Positions 10,254 through 18,870 of a DNA stretch of 64,000 nt are shown piece after piece (within the stretch, counting starts at the first letter, position 1; the number at the start of each line of letters is the position of its first letter). This DNA comes from Candidatus Omnitrophota bacterium (lineage in GTDB: Bacteria; Omnitrophota; Gorgyraeia; Gorgyraeales; Gorgyraeaceae): contig JBDRBM010000050.1 of the NCBI GenBank assembly GCA_043822665.1, positions 22,038 through 86,037 on the forward strand, written 5' to 3'. Below the pieces are notes generated by a model. It was not told the DNA's origin. It saw only the letters and a program-made list of their open reading frames with translations, and searched no databases. Position numbers and translations under genes: made by a program.

Positions 10254-10313
10254 AGCTTTCGGCTGTCAGCTATCAGCTATCAGCTTAGTGCTGATGGCTG
10301 AGGACTGATGGCT
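10254..10313. repeat. Inverted pair of heptamer arrays
   Basis: AGCTTTC GGCTGTC AGCTATC AGCTATC AGCT-tagt-GCTGATG GCTGAGG ACTGATG GCT. Confidence 0.8.
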
Positions 10314-10749
10314 ATTGCTGGTCTCTCCTCAAAGGATAATTCCCCTCTGGCCAGTCATCTTTCAAAAGTAAATGCTTTAAATTTGGGTGCCCCTTGAAAT
10401 CCACACCAAACATCTCATGTATCTCACGCTCTATCCACTCAGCGCATTTCATTATAGAAGCAAGGCTCTCTATTTCAAGGCCTGGTTTTTCTATAATAAC
10501 TCTCAGGGTGATTATAAGCCCAATTTCATCTATTGAGAAATGATAGAGTATTTCAATGGCATTCCTTGTGTCAACTCCTGACGCGGTAACAAACCTGGCT
10601 TTTACCTCGTTAAAAAGATATCTTACTATCTTTGGCAGGGCTTCTCTTTTTATAGTAAAATAAGTTCTGCGCTTTGATCTGTCAACAAAATCCACAAGGT
10701 CTTTACCTGAACGCACCTTTATATTTTCTATTATCTGTGTTTTTTTCAT
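10312..10749 (-). CDS. NuoC-like (30 kDa) hydrogenase subunit
   Basis: WIEREIHEMFGVDFKGHP, YPLR. Confidence 0.9.
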   Translation of the reverse strand: MKKTQIIENIKVRSGKDLVDFVDRSKRRTYFTIKREALPKIVRYLFNEVKARFVTASGVDTRNAIEILYHFSIDEIGLIITLRVIIEKPGLEIESLASIMKCAEWIEREIHEMFGVDFKGHPNLKHLLLKDDWPEGNYPLRRDQQ

Positions 10750-10766
10750 TTATTCTCTTTGGCGCT

Positions 10767-10792
10767 GTAGGGCAGGTTTAAACCTGCCCTGC
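10767..10792. repeat. GTAG-type REP palindrome (family B)
   Basis: GTAGGGCAGGTTTAAACCTGCCCTGC. Confidence 0.75.
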
Positions 10793-10798
10793 CTATTC

Positions 10799-11224
10799 TC
10801 AGCCTTTGCCTTGAAGTTTTTTTATCAATTTTACTATTGCCGCTATCATTGCCTCTGGTTTTGGAGGGCATCCTGGGATATACGCGTCGACCGGTAGAAC
10901 TGAATCTACCGGATTAGGCGTATTTGGCCCTTTCGCGAATATGCCCTGCCCGCACGCGCACGCGCCTATAGCTATGACAACGCACGGTTTCGGGGCCTGT
11001 TCATAGATCCTTTTTATCCTTGGCATAGTCTTTAAATTCAGGGCGCCTGTAACAAGAATCGCGTCAGCATGCCTTATGCTTCCGACCAGAGTTATACCAA
11101 ACCTCTCAACATCAAACCTAGGAGTCAAAAGGTCAAGGATTTCTATGTCACAGTTATTACAACTGCCTGTTGACATATGATAAACCCAGATAGATTTGGT
11201 TAATGCCTTTAGCTTGAGACTCAT
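10799..11224 (-). CDS. Hydrogenase small subunit (NuoB-like)
   Basis: GSCNNCDIE, GACA, PGCPP Fe-S ligands. Confidence 0.92.
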   Translation of the reverse strand: MSLKLKALTKSIWVYHMSTGSCNNCDIEILDLLTPRFDVERFGITLVGSIRHADAILVTGALNLKTMPRIKRIYEQAPKPCVVIAIGACACGQGIFAKGPNTPNPVDSVLPVDAYIPGCPPKPEAMIAAIVKLIKKLQGKG

Positions 11225-11239
11225 TAGATATTACCTCAC

Positions 11240-12145
11240 TTACATGCCTAACATTGCGAGCAATGCCGCTATTATAGCCAAAGAGGTCATTTTTCCCCAG
11301 AAAAATCTAAGCGCCTGGTCAATTCTGACCCTTGGATTTGTATTCCTGATAAGGATTATTATAACCAGTAAAATTATGTATTTCCAGACATTAAATCCGC
11401 CCCAGAATATTGAAGTCAAAAATACAGGCAACGCAACCATCATAATGGCCTTTGTAAGCTTTAAAACAGCTAAGAGGATGCCTGAGTATTCTATATATAT
11501 GCCGCCCATTATCTCTGTCTCTGCCTCTGCCATATCAAAAGGCACTAGGCCAAGTTTTGCCTGCATACAAAATATAGCCACCAATGTAGCGAGTATGCCT
11601 GAAATATTCCAGGCAAACGCCCCATTTATTATCTGATATGCTATAATATCCGTTATTCTTAAAAGGCCTCCGCTTTTAATAATAGGCACTGTAATACAAA
11701 CTATAAAAGGTAATTCATAGGCCAATATCAACTTTATTTCTCTTGATACACCAAGAGACGCCAGAGGATTTCCGCTCGCGGAAGAACCTAATATAAGAGC
11801 AATGGCCGGCACTGTCATTAAATATAAAACTACTATAATATCCCCTGTGAAACCACCCGCGCCTAATTTTATATTGGCCTGCCATATAAAGGTAGAGGCC
11901 AGGACAACAGCGCTAAGGCCAAAAAGAGGGGCTAAAAGAAAAACTGCCTTTTGGGCATTCTTTGGTATAGTAATTTCTTTTATGCTCAATTTAACAAGAT
12001 CCATAAGAGGCTGGTACCAAGGCGGCCCTACCCTCCACTGCACGCGAGCTGTAACCTTGCGATCTATCCAGCTTGCCACAAGGCCTATCGCGGCTGTAAA
12101 TAAGAAACCCGGAAATATTATAAAATCAAATAGATATTTAAGCAT
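11240..12145 (-). CDS. NuoH/HycD-like membrane subunit
   Basis: RKVTARVQWRVGPP, PFDMAEAETE, EYSG, PRVRIDQ; start taken at MLKYL because the upstream extension is repeat-derived. Confidence 0.9.
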   Translation of the reverse strand: MLKYLFDFIIFPGFLFTAAIGLVASWIDRKVTARVQWRVGPPWYQPLMDLVKLSIKEITIPKNAQKAVFLLAPLFGLSAVVLASTFIWQANIKLGAGGFTGDIIVVLYLMTVPAIALILGSSASGNPLASLGVSREIKLILAYELPFIVCITVPIIKSGGLLRITDIIAYQIINGAFAWNISGILATLVAIFCMQAKLGLVPFDMAEAETEIMGGIYIEYSGILLAVLKLTKAIMMVALPVFLTSIFWGGFNVWKYIILLVIIILIRNTNPRVRIDQALRFFWGKMTSLAIIAALLAMLGM

Positions 12146-12146
12146 A

Positions 12147-12240
12147 AACTTTAAAACCCTAAATCCCAAACTCTAAATCCTAAACAAACCCTAAACCCCA
12201 AATCCCAAACCCAAAACTTTTCTTTAGAGTTTAGGGTTTC
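12147..12240. repeat. Inverted heptamer arrays, consensus AAACCCT / TTTAGGG
   Basis: About nine degenerate AAA(C/T)CC(T/C) units, then TTTAGAG TTTAGGG. Confidence 0.8.
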
Positions 12241-12245
12241 TCATT

Positions 12246-12728
12246 CTAAGGATGATACTTCTTCCACGGCTTAGCATGCACCGCTATATTCTTGCTTATT
12301 AAAAATATGTCGTCTTTTTCTGATTCTTCTATTTCTATAAATTTTATCGCGCCGCTTATAGAACATGTCTTTGAACATAGAGGATCATCATTGTCGCATC
12401 TGTCTATGCACGCATCGCATCCAGACACGATATACGGCACTGTATCTACAGGTATAGCTCCAAAGGGGCACGCCAGGCTGCAAGACTTACAGGATATACA
12501 GCGCATGGTATAACGCTTTACAACTCCGTCAGGCTGTTTTTCCAGAGCCTCTTTTGGACAGGCGCTTACGCATGGGGCTTCCTCGCATTTCCTGCATATA
12601 TAAAGATACTGGCCCATTTCTCTCAGACGTGTAATTCCTGAATTCTCAGGGTGATAATAATAACTGCATTCCGCCGTAGGAGTTTCGCGGCTATATAATT
12701 TTTCTAAATCTATAAATAGTCTCTTCAT
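12246..12728 (-). CDS. 4Fe-4S dicluster electron-transfer protein (DmsB/HydN-like)
   Basis: CRKCEEAPCVSACP, CISCKSCSLACP, CDAC...C. Confidence 0.85.
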   Translation of the reverse strand: MKRLFIDLEKLYSRETPTAECSYYYHPENSGITRLREMGQYLYICRKCEEAPCVSACPKEALEKQPDGVVKRYTMRCISCKSCSLACPFGAIPVDTVPYIVSGCDACIDRCDNDDPLCSKTCSISGAIKFIEIEESEKDDIFLISKNIAVHAKPWKKYHP

Positions 12729-12734
12729 ATTTTT

Positions 12735-12799
12735 AGCTTTAAGCTATAAGAAAAAGATTTCGGTATATTTTGTTTTAAAAAAACTTAAAGCTTATAGCT
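12735..12799. repeat. Inverted pair of short heptamer arrays
   Basis: AGCTTTA AGCTATA AG ... CTTAAAG CTTATAG CT. Confidence 0.65.
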
Positions 12800-12803
12800 G
12801 TTT

Positions 12804-13628
12804 TCAATCCCAGATTTCGTGTATATTATTTATCTTGTCATATCTAAATACCGGGCCGTCTTTACACGCGTAAAAATTTCCTATCCTGCAATGGCCGCAT
12901 TTACCTATGCCACAGCTCATGTTTTTTTCCATTGACAGATAAATCTGCTCGTTCTTATAACCTACCTCAAGCAGTTTAAACGTAGTAAATTTCATCATTA
13001 TAGGAGGGCCGCATACAATAACAACGCTATTTTTTAGATCTATCTTCAAATTATCCAGAGTCGTAGTGACAAGTCCAACATTGCCTTTCCAATCGTCGTC
13101 TTTTTTATCCACTGTAATTCTGAAATTTACTTTTTTGCTAATCTTCTGCCATTCATCCAGTACGCGGTCTTTATATATGATGTCGGAAGGTGTCCTTGAG
13201 CCACAGCAGAATAATATAGCTTTATATCTATCAAGATCATGAACCAGCGCTAAAAATAACGCCCTTAATGGCGCAAGCCCTACACCCCCTCCTACCAGGA
13301 GGATTTCTTTTCCCTCAAACTCAGAAAGAGGGTACTCGTTGCCATATGGCCCTCTCAAGCCTACTATATCCCCTTTTTTCAATTCATGGATCCTTGCTGT
13401 CACCCTGCCTGCTTTCATGACGCTGATCTCAAGTTTGCTTTTTTCATACGGAGAAGAAGACGGCGTAAAAGGCGCCTCTCCTACGCCTGGTATGGTCATC
13501 TCAATAAACTGGCCTGCCTTAAAATGCAGCGGCTTCTCAGGCTTTAAGGAAATGGTCTTAATAGTAGGGCTTTCTTCAGTAACCCTGACTACTTCTGTCT
13601 TTATTGGAGCGTATGGGTTATCTATCAT
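12804..13628 (-). CDS. FAD/NAD(P)-binding [2Fe-2S] oxidoreductase (AsrB / sulfhydrogenase gamma-like)
   Basis: GQF, RGPYG, GGGVGLAP, CGPPIMM, MSCGIGKCGHC...CKDGP. Confidence 0.9.
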   Translation of the reverse strand: MIDNPYAPIKTEVVRVTEESPTIKTISLKPEKPLHFKAGQFIEMTIPGVGEAPFTPSSSPYEKSKLEISVMKAGRVTARIHELKKGDIVGLRGPYGNEYPLSEFEGKEILLVGGGVGLAPLRALFLALVHDLDRYKAILFCCGSRTPSDIIYKDRVLDEWQKISKKVNFRITVDKKDDDWKGNVGLVTTTLDNLKIDLKNSVVIVCGPPIMMKFTTFKLLEVGYKNEQIYLSMEKNMSCGIGKCGHCRIGNFYACKDGPVFRYDKINNIHEIWD

Positions 13629-14650
13629 GATTGAAATTTACTCAGCACCTCATCGATGCGTATCTTTCCGGGACATGCCTCGCTGCACCTTCCACAGCCA
13701 GTACAGCCGAATTTCCCTATAACATTAGGAAAGAAATTAAATTTTTTATCAAAGCGATTGCGCAGCCGCGAGGCTAAGAGCTTCCTGGGATTTGCCCCTC
13801 CCGCCACCATTGCGAAAGAAAATAAAAGACACGAATCCCATAATCTCAATCTTTCAAAATTACCGTCTTTTCCCTGATCTTTTAACACAAAACAGTGGCA
13901 TGCCGGGCATATCACATTACAGGCGCCGCACTCAACACAGGTCTTGACGGTCTCCTCCCATAAGCCTGAGTCGAATTTTTTCTTGAAAAGAGGCTGTATT
14001 GAATCTTTCTCGGGAATATTTTTATTTTTTACATGCTCAAAAAGTTCTTCTTTTAGCCTTTTTCTATTCTCTTCTCTTTTATCTTTATAAAGTCCAGCTC
14101 CCTGAAAAAGCTTAAAGTGCTCTTTTGTTAGTTTTTCTCCCTTTTCAGAACCCACATCTACCACATATCCGCTCTCTATTTCAGAAAGATTGATGTCGAA
14201 GTCTTCTGTCGGGTACGGCATTATACCCAGGGCAACACAAAAACAGCTTTGCCCATAACAAGCGCAATCACTCGAAATTATAAGGCCTTCTTCTCTCCTC
14301 TGGATATAAAAAGGATCTTTAAGGGAATCCTGCCTGAATACGTAATCCATTATTTTTAACGAAGCTAAATCACATGACTTGGCGCCTAAGATTGCTGCTG
14401 GCCTGATTTTTTTACCCGGGAGGTCTTCTGAAAAATAATCGCTTACCTTTGTGCGGACAGGGAGGAAAAAACTCTTTATGCTTTGGACAGGCCTTATCTC
14501 TCCGAGAATAGCCTCACCCAACCCCTCATCTCCCACCTTTTTATAATACCTGTGGTCGCCCGACTTTACAGGCGCATAGGCCTTGTATGTCCTGGAAAGA
14601 GCTTTTACGAATCTATCCAGGTTGGGCCTATTGATAAAGTAAGTATCCAA
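13625..14650 (-). CDS. 4Fe-4S protein (AsrA / sulfhydrogenase beta-like)
   Basis: CVECGACNVICPACHCF, RLWDSC, GCTGCGRCSEACP; TTG start with GAGG RBS. Confidence 0.88.
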   Translation of the reverse strand: MDTYFINRPNLDRFVKALSRTYKAYAPVKSGDHRYYKKVGDEGLGEAILGEIRPVQSIKSFFLPVRTKVSDYFSEDLPGKKIRPAAILGAKSCDLASLKIMDYVFRQDSLKDPFYIQRREEGLIISSDCACYGQSCFCVALGIMPYPTEDFDINLSEIESGYVVDVGSEKGEKLTKEHFKLFQGAGLYKDKREENRKRLKEELFEHVKNKNIPEKDSIQPLFKKKFDSGLWEETVKTCVECGACNVICPACHCFVLKDQGKDGNFERLRLWDSCLLFSFAMVAGGANPRKLLASRLRNRFDKKFNFFPNVIGKFGCTGCGRCSEACPGKIRIDEVLSKFQS

Positions 14651-14675
14651 GAAAATTAACCTCTGGAATCAAAGT

Positions 14676-14693
14676 TTGTGAAAATTATCACAA
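14676..14693. promoter_or_regulatory. Rex-like operator
   Basis: TTGTGAAAATTATCACAA, one mismatch to TTGTGAA-N4-TTCACAA; lies between the promoter and the start of the hydrogenase operon. Confidence 0.7.
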
Positions 14694-14726
14694 ACTTTGA
14701 AAAAAATAAAAAATAACTTCTTTTTG

Positions 14727-14755
14727 ACTATAATACAAAGATCTTTTTATGTCAA
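14727..14755 (-). promoter_or_regulatory. Sigma70-type promoter of the hydrogenase operon
   Basis: Minus strand TTGACA-17 bp-TATAGT. Confidence 0.7.
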
Positions 14756-14778
14756 GGGGTTTTTACTGGAAACTAAGT

Positions 14779-14958
14779 CAAGTTAAGCAGCATAAGATGC
14801 CGCGGCTACAGTTTAGGCTGTAGTTGCAGCGCCTTGCGCTGCTTGTAAAAAGAAAATTCCTATACTATACTATCAAGTTAAGCACATTAGTAGGGGACCC
14901 TTAAGGGTCCCCTACTAATGTGTGCCTACAAAAAGGAATTTCCTACTATATCAAGTTA
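14779..14958. repeat. Composite repeat: TCAAGTTAAGCA-[palindrome A]-C motif-[palindrome B]-C motif
   Basis: Family A REPIN 14784-14844; 40-bp perfect palindrome 14883-14922; two AAAAAG(G/A)AA(A/T)TTCCTA..TATCAAGTTA copies. Confidence 0.8.
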
Positions 14959-14966
14959 CGCGCTTA

Positions 14967-15374
14967 TTAAAAGTGTAACTCCATGGCCCGAGGCGGACAG
15001 GCCTTTATGCACAATTCACACGCAATACACTTATCATTGTAAAAAAGCACCTTGCGCGTAGCGGGTTCTATTACAAGGGCCTCGGTCGGGCATATTGGCA
15101 CACACGCGCCGCAATGGGTACACTTTGACTCGTTTCTCTTTATATCCTTTGAAAGAGGTTGAACTGTCACGCCTATTGATTTCGCGTATTTAATTGCCTT
15201 GTCAAAATTCTTTTGTTCTCCAGTCAGCTCAAGAACCAATAATCCCTCTTCCCTTGGCGTAACATATGCCTTAAGTATATTGAACTGAAGGTCAAAGTCC
15301 TTTACCATTTTGTATACTATGGGCTGGTCAACGAGTCTGTGCGGAAATTTTAGAACAATTCGCCTGGATACCAC
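14967..15374 (-). CDS. NIL-domain ferredoxin (2x[4Fe-4S])
   Basis: PIVY...FNILKA NIL motif; CTHCGACVPICP, CIACELCIKACP. Confidence 0.88.
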   Translation of the reverse strand: MVSRRIVLKFPHRLVDQPIVYKMVKDFDLQFNILKAYVTPREEGLLVLELTGEQKNFDKAIKYAKSIGVTVQPLSKDIKRNESKCTHCGACVPICPTEALVIEPATRKVLFYNDKCIACELCIKACPPRAMELHF

Positions 15375-16101
15375 AGCTGCCTCCGTCTAATATTATATCT
15401 CCCCTCACCCCAAAATCCCTGCCGTAAATGATCAGCGCGCCCTTGATACCTTTTATAGAAACAGCGAAATTAAGAGCGGCCTTAATATCCTCGGCTTTTT
15501 TTACCCTATTACAAGCAGCTGTCGCGACAGCATCAGCCAAAGATGTGGATTTAGATATTATAACACAGGCATCGGCATTTCCAAAGCTTAAAGAATGGCC
15601 TACTGTACCAGACGAAGTACAGATACCGAGCGGTGTTTCTTCCGGTTTTATCTTTATAAAAATTTTATTAGTTAGAGGGGATTCTCCCGCATAAATGGCT
15701 ATGGTTCGTTCGATTTCAGTTCTTATAAAAATATCCCCTCCGTTTTCTACTATTACTTCTTTTGTGCTTTCCAGGAGAGTTTTTCCGACAAATTCAGCTA
15801 TCGCGCCAGCAACACTGGCCATGGGGCCAACTCCTGCCAGCGCAGACGAACGCGTCATTTCCTTTATGATATCTGAGGAATCAGGATCTAGCTTTAGAGG
15901 CTTAAGGCTCGTTTCAAAATCAGCACGTGTCTTTATGTAATCCTCTATCTGGCCCCTGTATTTTTTAACCAAATCCTCGGCAATCCCGCTTACATCTTTT
16001 CCGGCAGAGACAAAAAGATCAGTTTCCCCTACTATAACCTCACGCGTAATAAGGCCTTTCGCCTTAACCCATTTCCTGTAAAATCTTTTTTGGTAAGCCA
16101 T
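15328..16101 (-). CDS. UPF0280 (ApbE-like) protein
   Basis: GVGPMASVAGAIA, ENGGDI, CTSSGTVGHSLSFG, ADAVATA. Confidence 0.88.
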   Translation of the reverse strand: MAYQKRFYRKWVKAKGLITREVIVGETDLFVSAGKDVSGIAEDLVKKYRGQIEDYIKTRADFETSLKPLKLDPDSSDIIKEMTRSSALAGVGPMASVAGAIAEFVGKTLLESTKEVIVENGGDIFIRTEIERTIAIYAGESPLTNKIFIKIKPEETPLGICTSSGTVGHSLSFGNADACVIISKSTSLADAVATAACNRVKKAEDIKAALNFAVSIKGIKGALIIYGRDFGVRGDIILDGGSCGIQANCSKISAQTR

Positions 16102-16102
16102 G

Positions 16103-16456
16103 TCAGGCCTTGACCTCACTAACTTCTATGGACTCTACATAAACCCCGGAACCTGAGATAATATCATTTACCTTGCTTGCGCAGCGTGGACAGCCCGCGA
16201 TTCCCTCTTCAGCTGAAAATTCATTCTCGCAGTTTCCGCACTTGAATCTTGCCTCTATCTTTTTAAAATTTAACGTGGCTTCTTCAAGTAAAGTCCCTTT
16301 TATCCGCTCCATGAAATGAAACTTAAAATGTTCCACTGTTACATGTTCCAGTTCGCCTATGCATATATTAACAACCTTGACCTTTGAATCCTTTAAGGCC
16401 TTGAGTCTGTCTTTTATTGTGCGAACAATATCATCAACCAGTCCAATTTCATGCAT
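16103..16456 (-). CDS. hypA: Hydrogenase nickel chaperone HypA
   Basis: N-terminal MHE, CGNC and CPRC zinc ligands. Confidence 0.92.
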   Translation of the reverse strand: MHEIGLVDDIVRTIKDRLKALKDSKVKVVNICIGELEHVTVEHFKFHFMERIKGTLLEEATLNFKKIEARFKCGNCENEFSAEEGIAGCPRCASKVNDIISGSGVYVESIEVSEVKA

Positions 16457-16500
16457 CTATGTATCTCCTGTTTAGGCAATTGGTCTTTTGAAATAAGGCA

Positions 16501-17496
16501 TTAGCAAATGCGCGGAAGATGTTCTCCGCTCAACATGTCAATTATCTTTTTCCCGCCTATCCTTGTCTCAAGATAAACCTTTTTGCCTTTCTCTTTTTTG
16601 ACCTCACCGATTATAGCGCTTTTCCCGCCAAGAGGGTGTTTTTTCATTTTAGATAATATCCTCGACGCGGCCTGAGAAGCAACAATGGCTACAACCTTGC
16701 CTTCATTGGCCATATATAAAGGATCCATGCCCAGCGCTTCACACAAGGCCCTTACGCTCTCTTTGACAGGCACGCTCGATTCGGCCAGGCAAATATTATA
16801 CCCTGCCTCAGCGGATATTTCATTTAAGGTAGTAGCAATACCTCCGCGCGTGGGGTCTCTCATGAACTTAATATCACTGCTTATAATGGACGCTATCAGG
16901 CTATCAAGAGAAGCGCAGTCGCTGGAAATTCTTGCCTTAAATTTTAACTCTTCTCTGGCCAGAAGCACTGCTGCGCCATGATCACCTATTGTCCCGTTTG
17001 TAATAACTTTATCGCCCGGCCTTATACGCTCTACAGAAAGTTTTGTATGTTTGTAAACCTCTCCTATCCCGCATGTAGTTATAAAAATTTTATCTACGGC
17101 GCCTTTTTCAACGACCTTAAAATCCCCTGTGACCACATCGATCCCTGCCTTCCTGCAGGCCATCCTTACCGATAACACTATCCTTTCCAGATCAGTGTAA
17201 CCAAACCCCTCCTCTACAATAACAGCGCATGACAAATATCTCGGCCTTGCGCCACTCACGCATAAATCATTTACCGTCCCGCAGATCGACAACTTTCCGA
17301 TATCCCCTCCCGGAAAAAATATTGGGCTGACAACAAATGAATCTGTTGTAAACGCGAGTTTATAGCCTGCCTTAAAAACAGCCGCGTCTCCTAATTTATT
17401 CAAAAGAGGGTTGCCCAGTTCTTTAACGAATACCTCTTTTATTAAATCATGCATTAATCTTCCGCCGCTGCCATGAGCGAGAGTTATTCTCTTCAT
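16501..17496 (-). CDS. hypE: Hydrogenase maturation protein HypE
   Basis: HGSGG, DPTRGG, C-terminal PRIC. Confidence 0.96.
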   Translation of the reverse strand: MKRITLAHGSGGRLMHDLIKEVFVKELGNPLLNKLGDAAVFKAGYKLAFTTDSFVVSPIFFPGGDIGKLSICGTVNDLCVSGARPRYLSCAVIVEEGFGYTDLERIVLSVRMACRKAGIDVVTGDFKVVEKGAVDKIFITTCGIGEVYKHTKLSVERIRPGDKVITNGTIGDHGAAVLLAREELKFKARISSDCASLDSLIASIISSDIKFMRDPTRGGIATTLNEISAEAGYNICLAESSVPVKESVRALCEALGMDPLYMANEGKVVAIVASQAASRILSKMKKHPLGGKSAIIGEVKKEKGKKVYLETRIGGKKIIDMLSGEHLPRIC

Positions 17497-18581
17497 CTTC
17501 TATACCTATAATATGCCGCGCAGCTGCCTTCGCTTGAGACCATGCATGCGCCTTTTGGTTTTTCAGGAGCGCATGTCTTCGCGAATGAGGGGCAGTCAAA
17601 AGGCACTTTTATACCTTTAAGGATACTGCCACAGATACAGCCTGTATCAGGCCTTGTCTTTAAAGGTCTCGTCGGAAAAACCTTTTCAGCGTCAAAGCCT
17701 GAATATTTGCTATTAAGAAAAAGGCCGCTTCGCCTGATTGTCCCAATACCCCGCCATTCAGAATCTTTAATCGAAAAAACCTCGTTTATTAAAGCGAGGG
17801 CTTTTTTGTTGCCAGAATTTTTTGCCACTCTTGTGTACTGATTTTCAACTTTCACTCTTTTTAATCTTATTTGTTCTAAGATCATCCATATGCCCTGCAG
17901 TATATCCACTGGCTCAAACCCTGTTATAACGCACGGGATTTTATATCTACCTGCTATAAGCGCGTAAGGCCGGGCTCCTATAATAGTGCTCACGTGGGCT
18001 GGGCAAAGAAACCCGTCTATCTTTACGTCTCCGCCTTTTACCAGAGCCTCCATTGCGGGCAATATAACCTTATGCCCTGAAAACACAAAAAAGTTTTTCA
18101 GATCTTTCTTTCTCGTGTATACAAGACTGGCCGCAACTGTTGGAGAGGTAGTCTCAAATCCTATGCCCAGAAAAATCACTTTTTTATCTGGATTTTTTTG
18201 AGCAAGTTCTACCGCGTCCAGCACAGAATATACGATTCTGACATGTCTCCCCTTTGCCTTTTCTTCCGCTAGACTGGAATTTGAACCAGGCACTCTTGTC
18301 ATGTCTCCGAAAGTCGTTAAAATAACTTTGGGGTTCCTTGATAAGGCTATTGTCTTATCAATATAAGACTTGGGCGTGACACAGACAGGACAGCCAGGCC
18401 CTGAAATAAGATTTACGCTATCGGGCAGTATGTCTTTTATACCAAAATTACATATGGCCATTGTGTGAGTACCACACACCTCCATTATATTAAGGGGCTT
18501 TAGGCCTTCGGCCGTTCTTGATATAGCTCCCGACAGACTCTTTACGATTTTAGTATCCCTGAATTCGTCTATGTATTTCAT
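17493..18581 (-). CDS. hypD: Hydrogenase maturation protein HypD
   Basis: MEVCGTHT, GPGCPVCV, GFETT, CMVSSEGSC. Confidence 0.96.
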   Translation of the reverse strand: MKYIDEFRDTKIVKSLSGAISRTAEGLKPLNIMEVCGTHTMAICNFGIKDILPDSVNLISGPGCPVCVTPKSYIDKTIALSRNPKVILTTFGDMTRVPGSNSSLAEEKAKGRHVRIVYSVLDAVELAQKNPDKKVIFLGIGFETTSPTVAASLVYTRKKDLKNFFVFSGHKVILPAMEALVKGGDVKIDGFLCPAHVSTIIGARPYALIAGRYKIPCVITGFEPVDILQGIWMILEQIRLKRVKVENQYTRVAKNSGNKKALALINEVFSIKDSEWRGIGTIRRSGLFLNSKYSGFDAEKVFPTRPLKTRPDTGCICGSILKGIKVPFDCPSFAKTCAPEKPKGACMVSSEGSCAAYYRYRR

Positions 18582-18608
18582 CTTCGATTAGGCGCCATAT
18601 ACGTGTAG

Positions 18609-18632
18609 TGTAGTTGCAGCGTCTTGCGCTGC
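18609..18632. repeat. Single family A REP
   Basis: TGTAGTTGCAGCGTCTTGCGCTGC between hypC and hypD. Confidence 0.7.
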
Positions 18633-18661
18633 AAATCTTGTAGTCTTTCAATATAACCAAG

Positions 18662-18868
18662 CTATATACTTTTAAGCATGCGAAGGGTTTCTTCAGCTTT
18701 TTTAGGATCAAGTTTTTCTATGGCAAAACCCGCGTGCACCATGACATAATCCCCTATCCTGGGGCTGCTGAGAAAATTTATGCCTATCTTGCGCTCCACC
18801 TTTCCGGCAGACACAATCGCCCTGTCGCCCTCTATTTTTAAAATCTTCATTGGAATCGCCAGACACAT
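18662..18868 (-). CDS. hypC: Hydrogenase maturation chaperone HypC
   Basis: MCLAIP, GDYVMVHAGFAI. Confidence 0.96.
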   Translation of the reverse strand: MCLAIPMKILKIEGDRAIVSAGKVERKIGINFLSSPRIGDYVMVHAGFAIEKLDPKKAEETLRMLKSI

Positions 18869-18870
18869 AT

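Noticed and set aside
12147-12240. Plant-type telomere repeat (TTTAGGG) or eukaryotic contamination
   Set aside because: Degenerate, short and embedded in a bacterial operon; it is one of many heptamer arrays with different units
12804-14650. Anaerobic sulfite reductase AsrABC
   Set aside because: No siroheme AsrC subunit nearby; the genes lead a hydrogenase operon
14779-14958. CRISPR array
   Set aside because: Only 2-3 degenerate repeats; the intervening sequences are themselves dispersed palindromic repeats; no cas genes in the window
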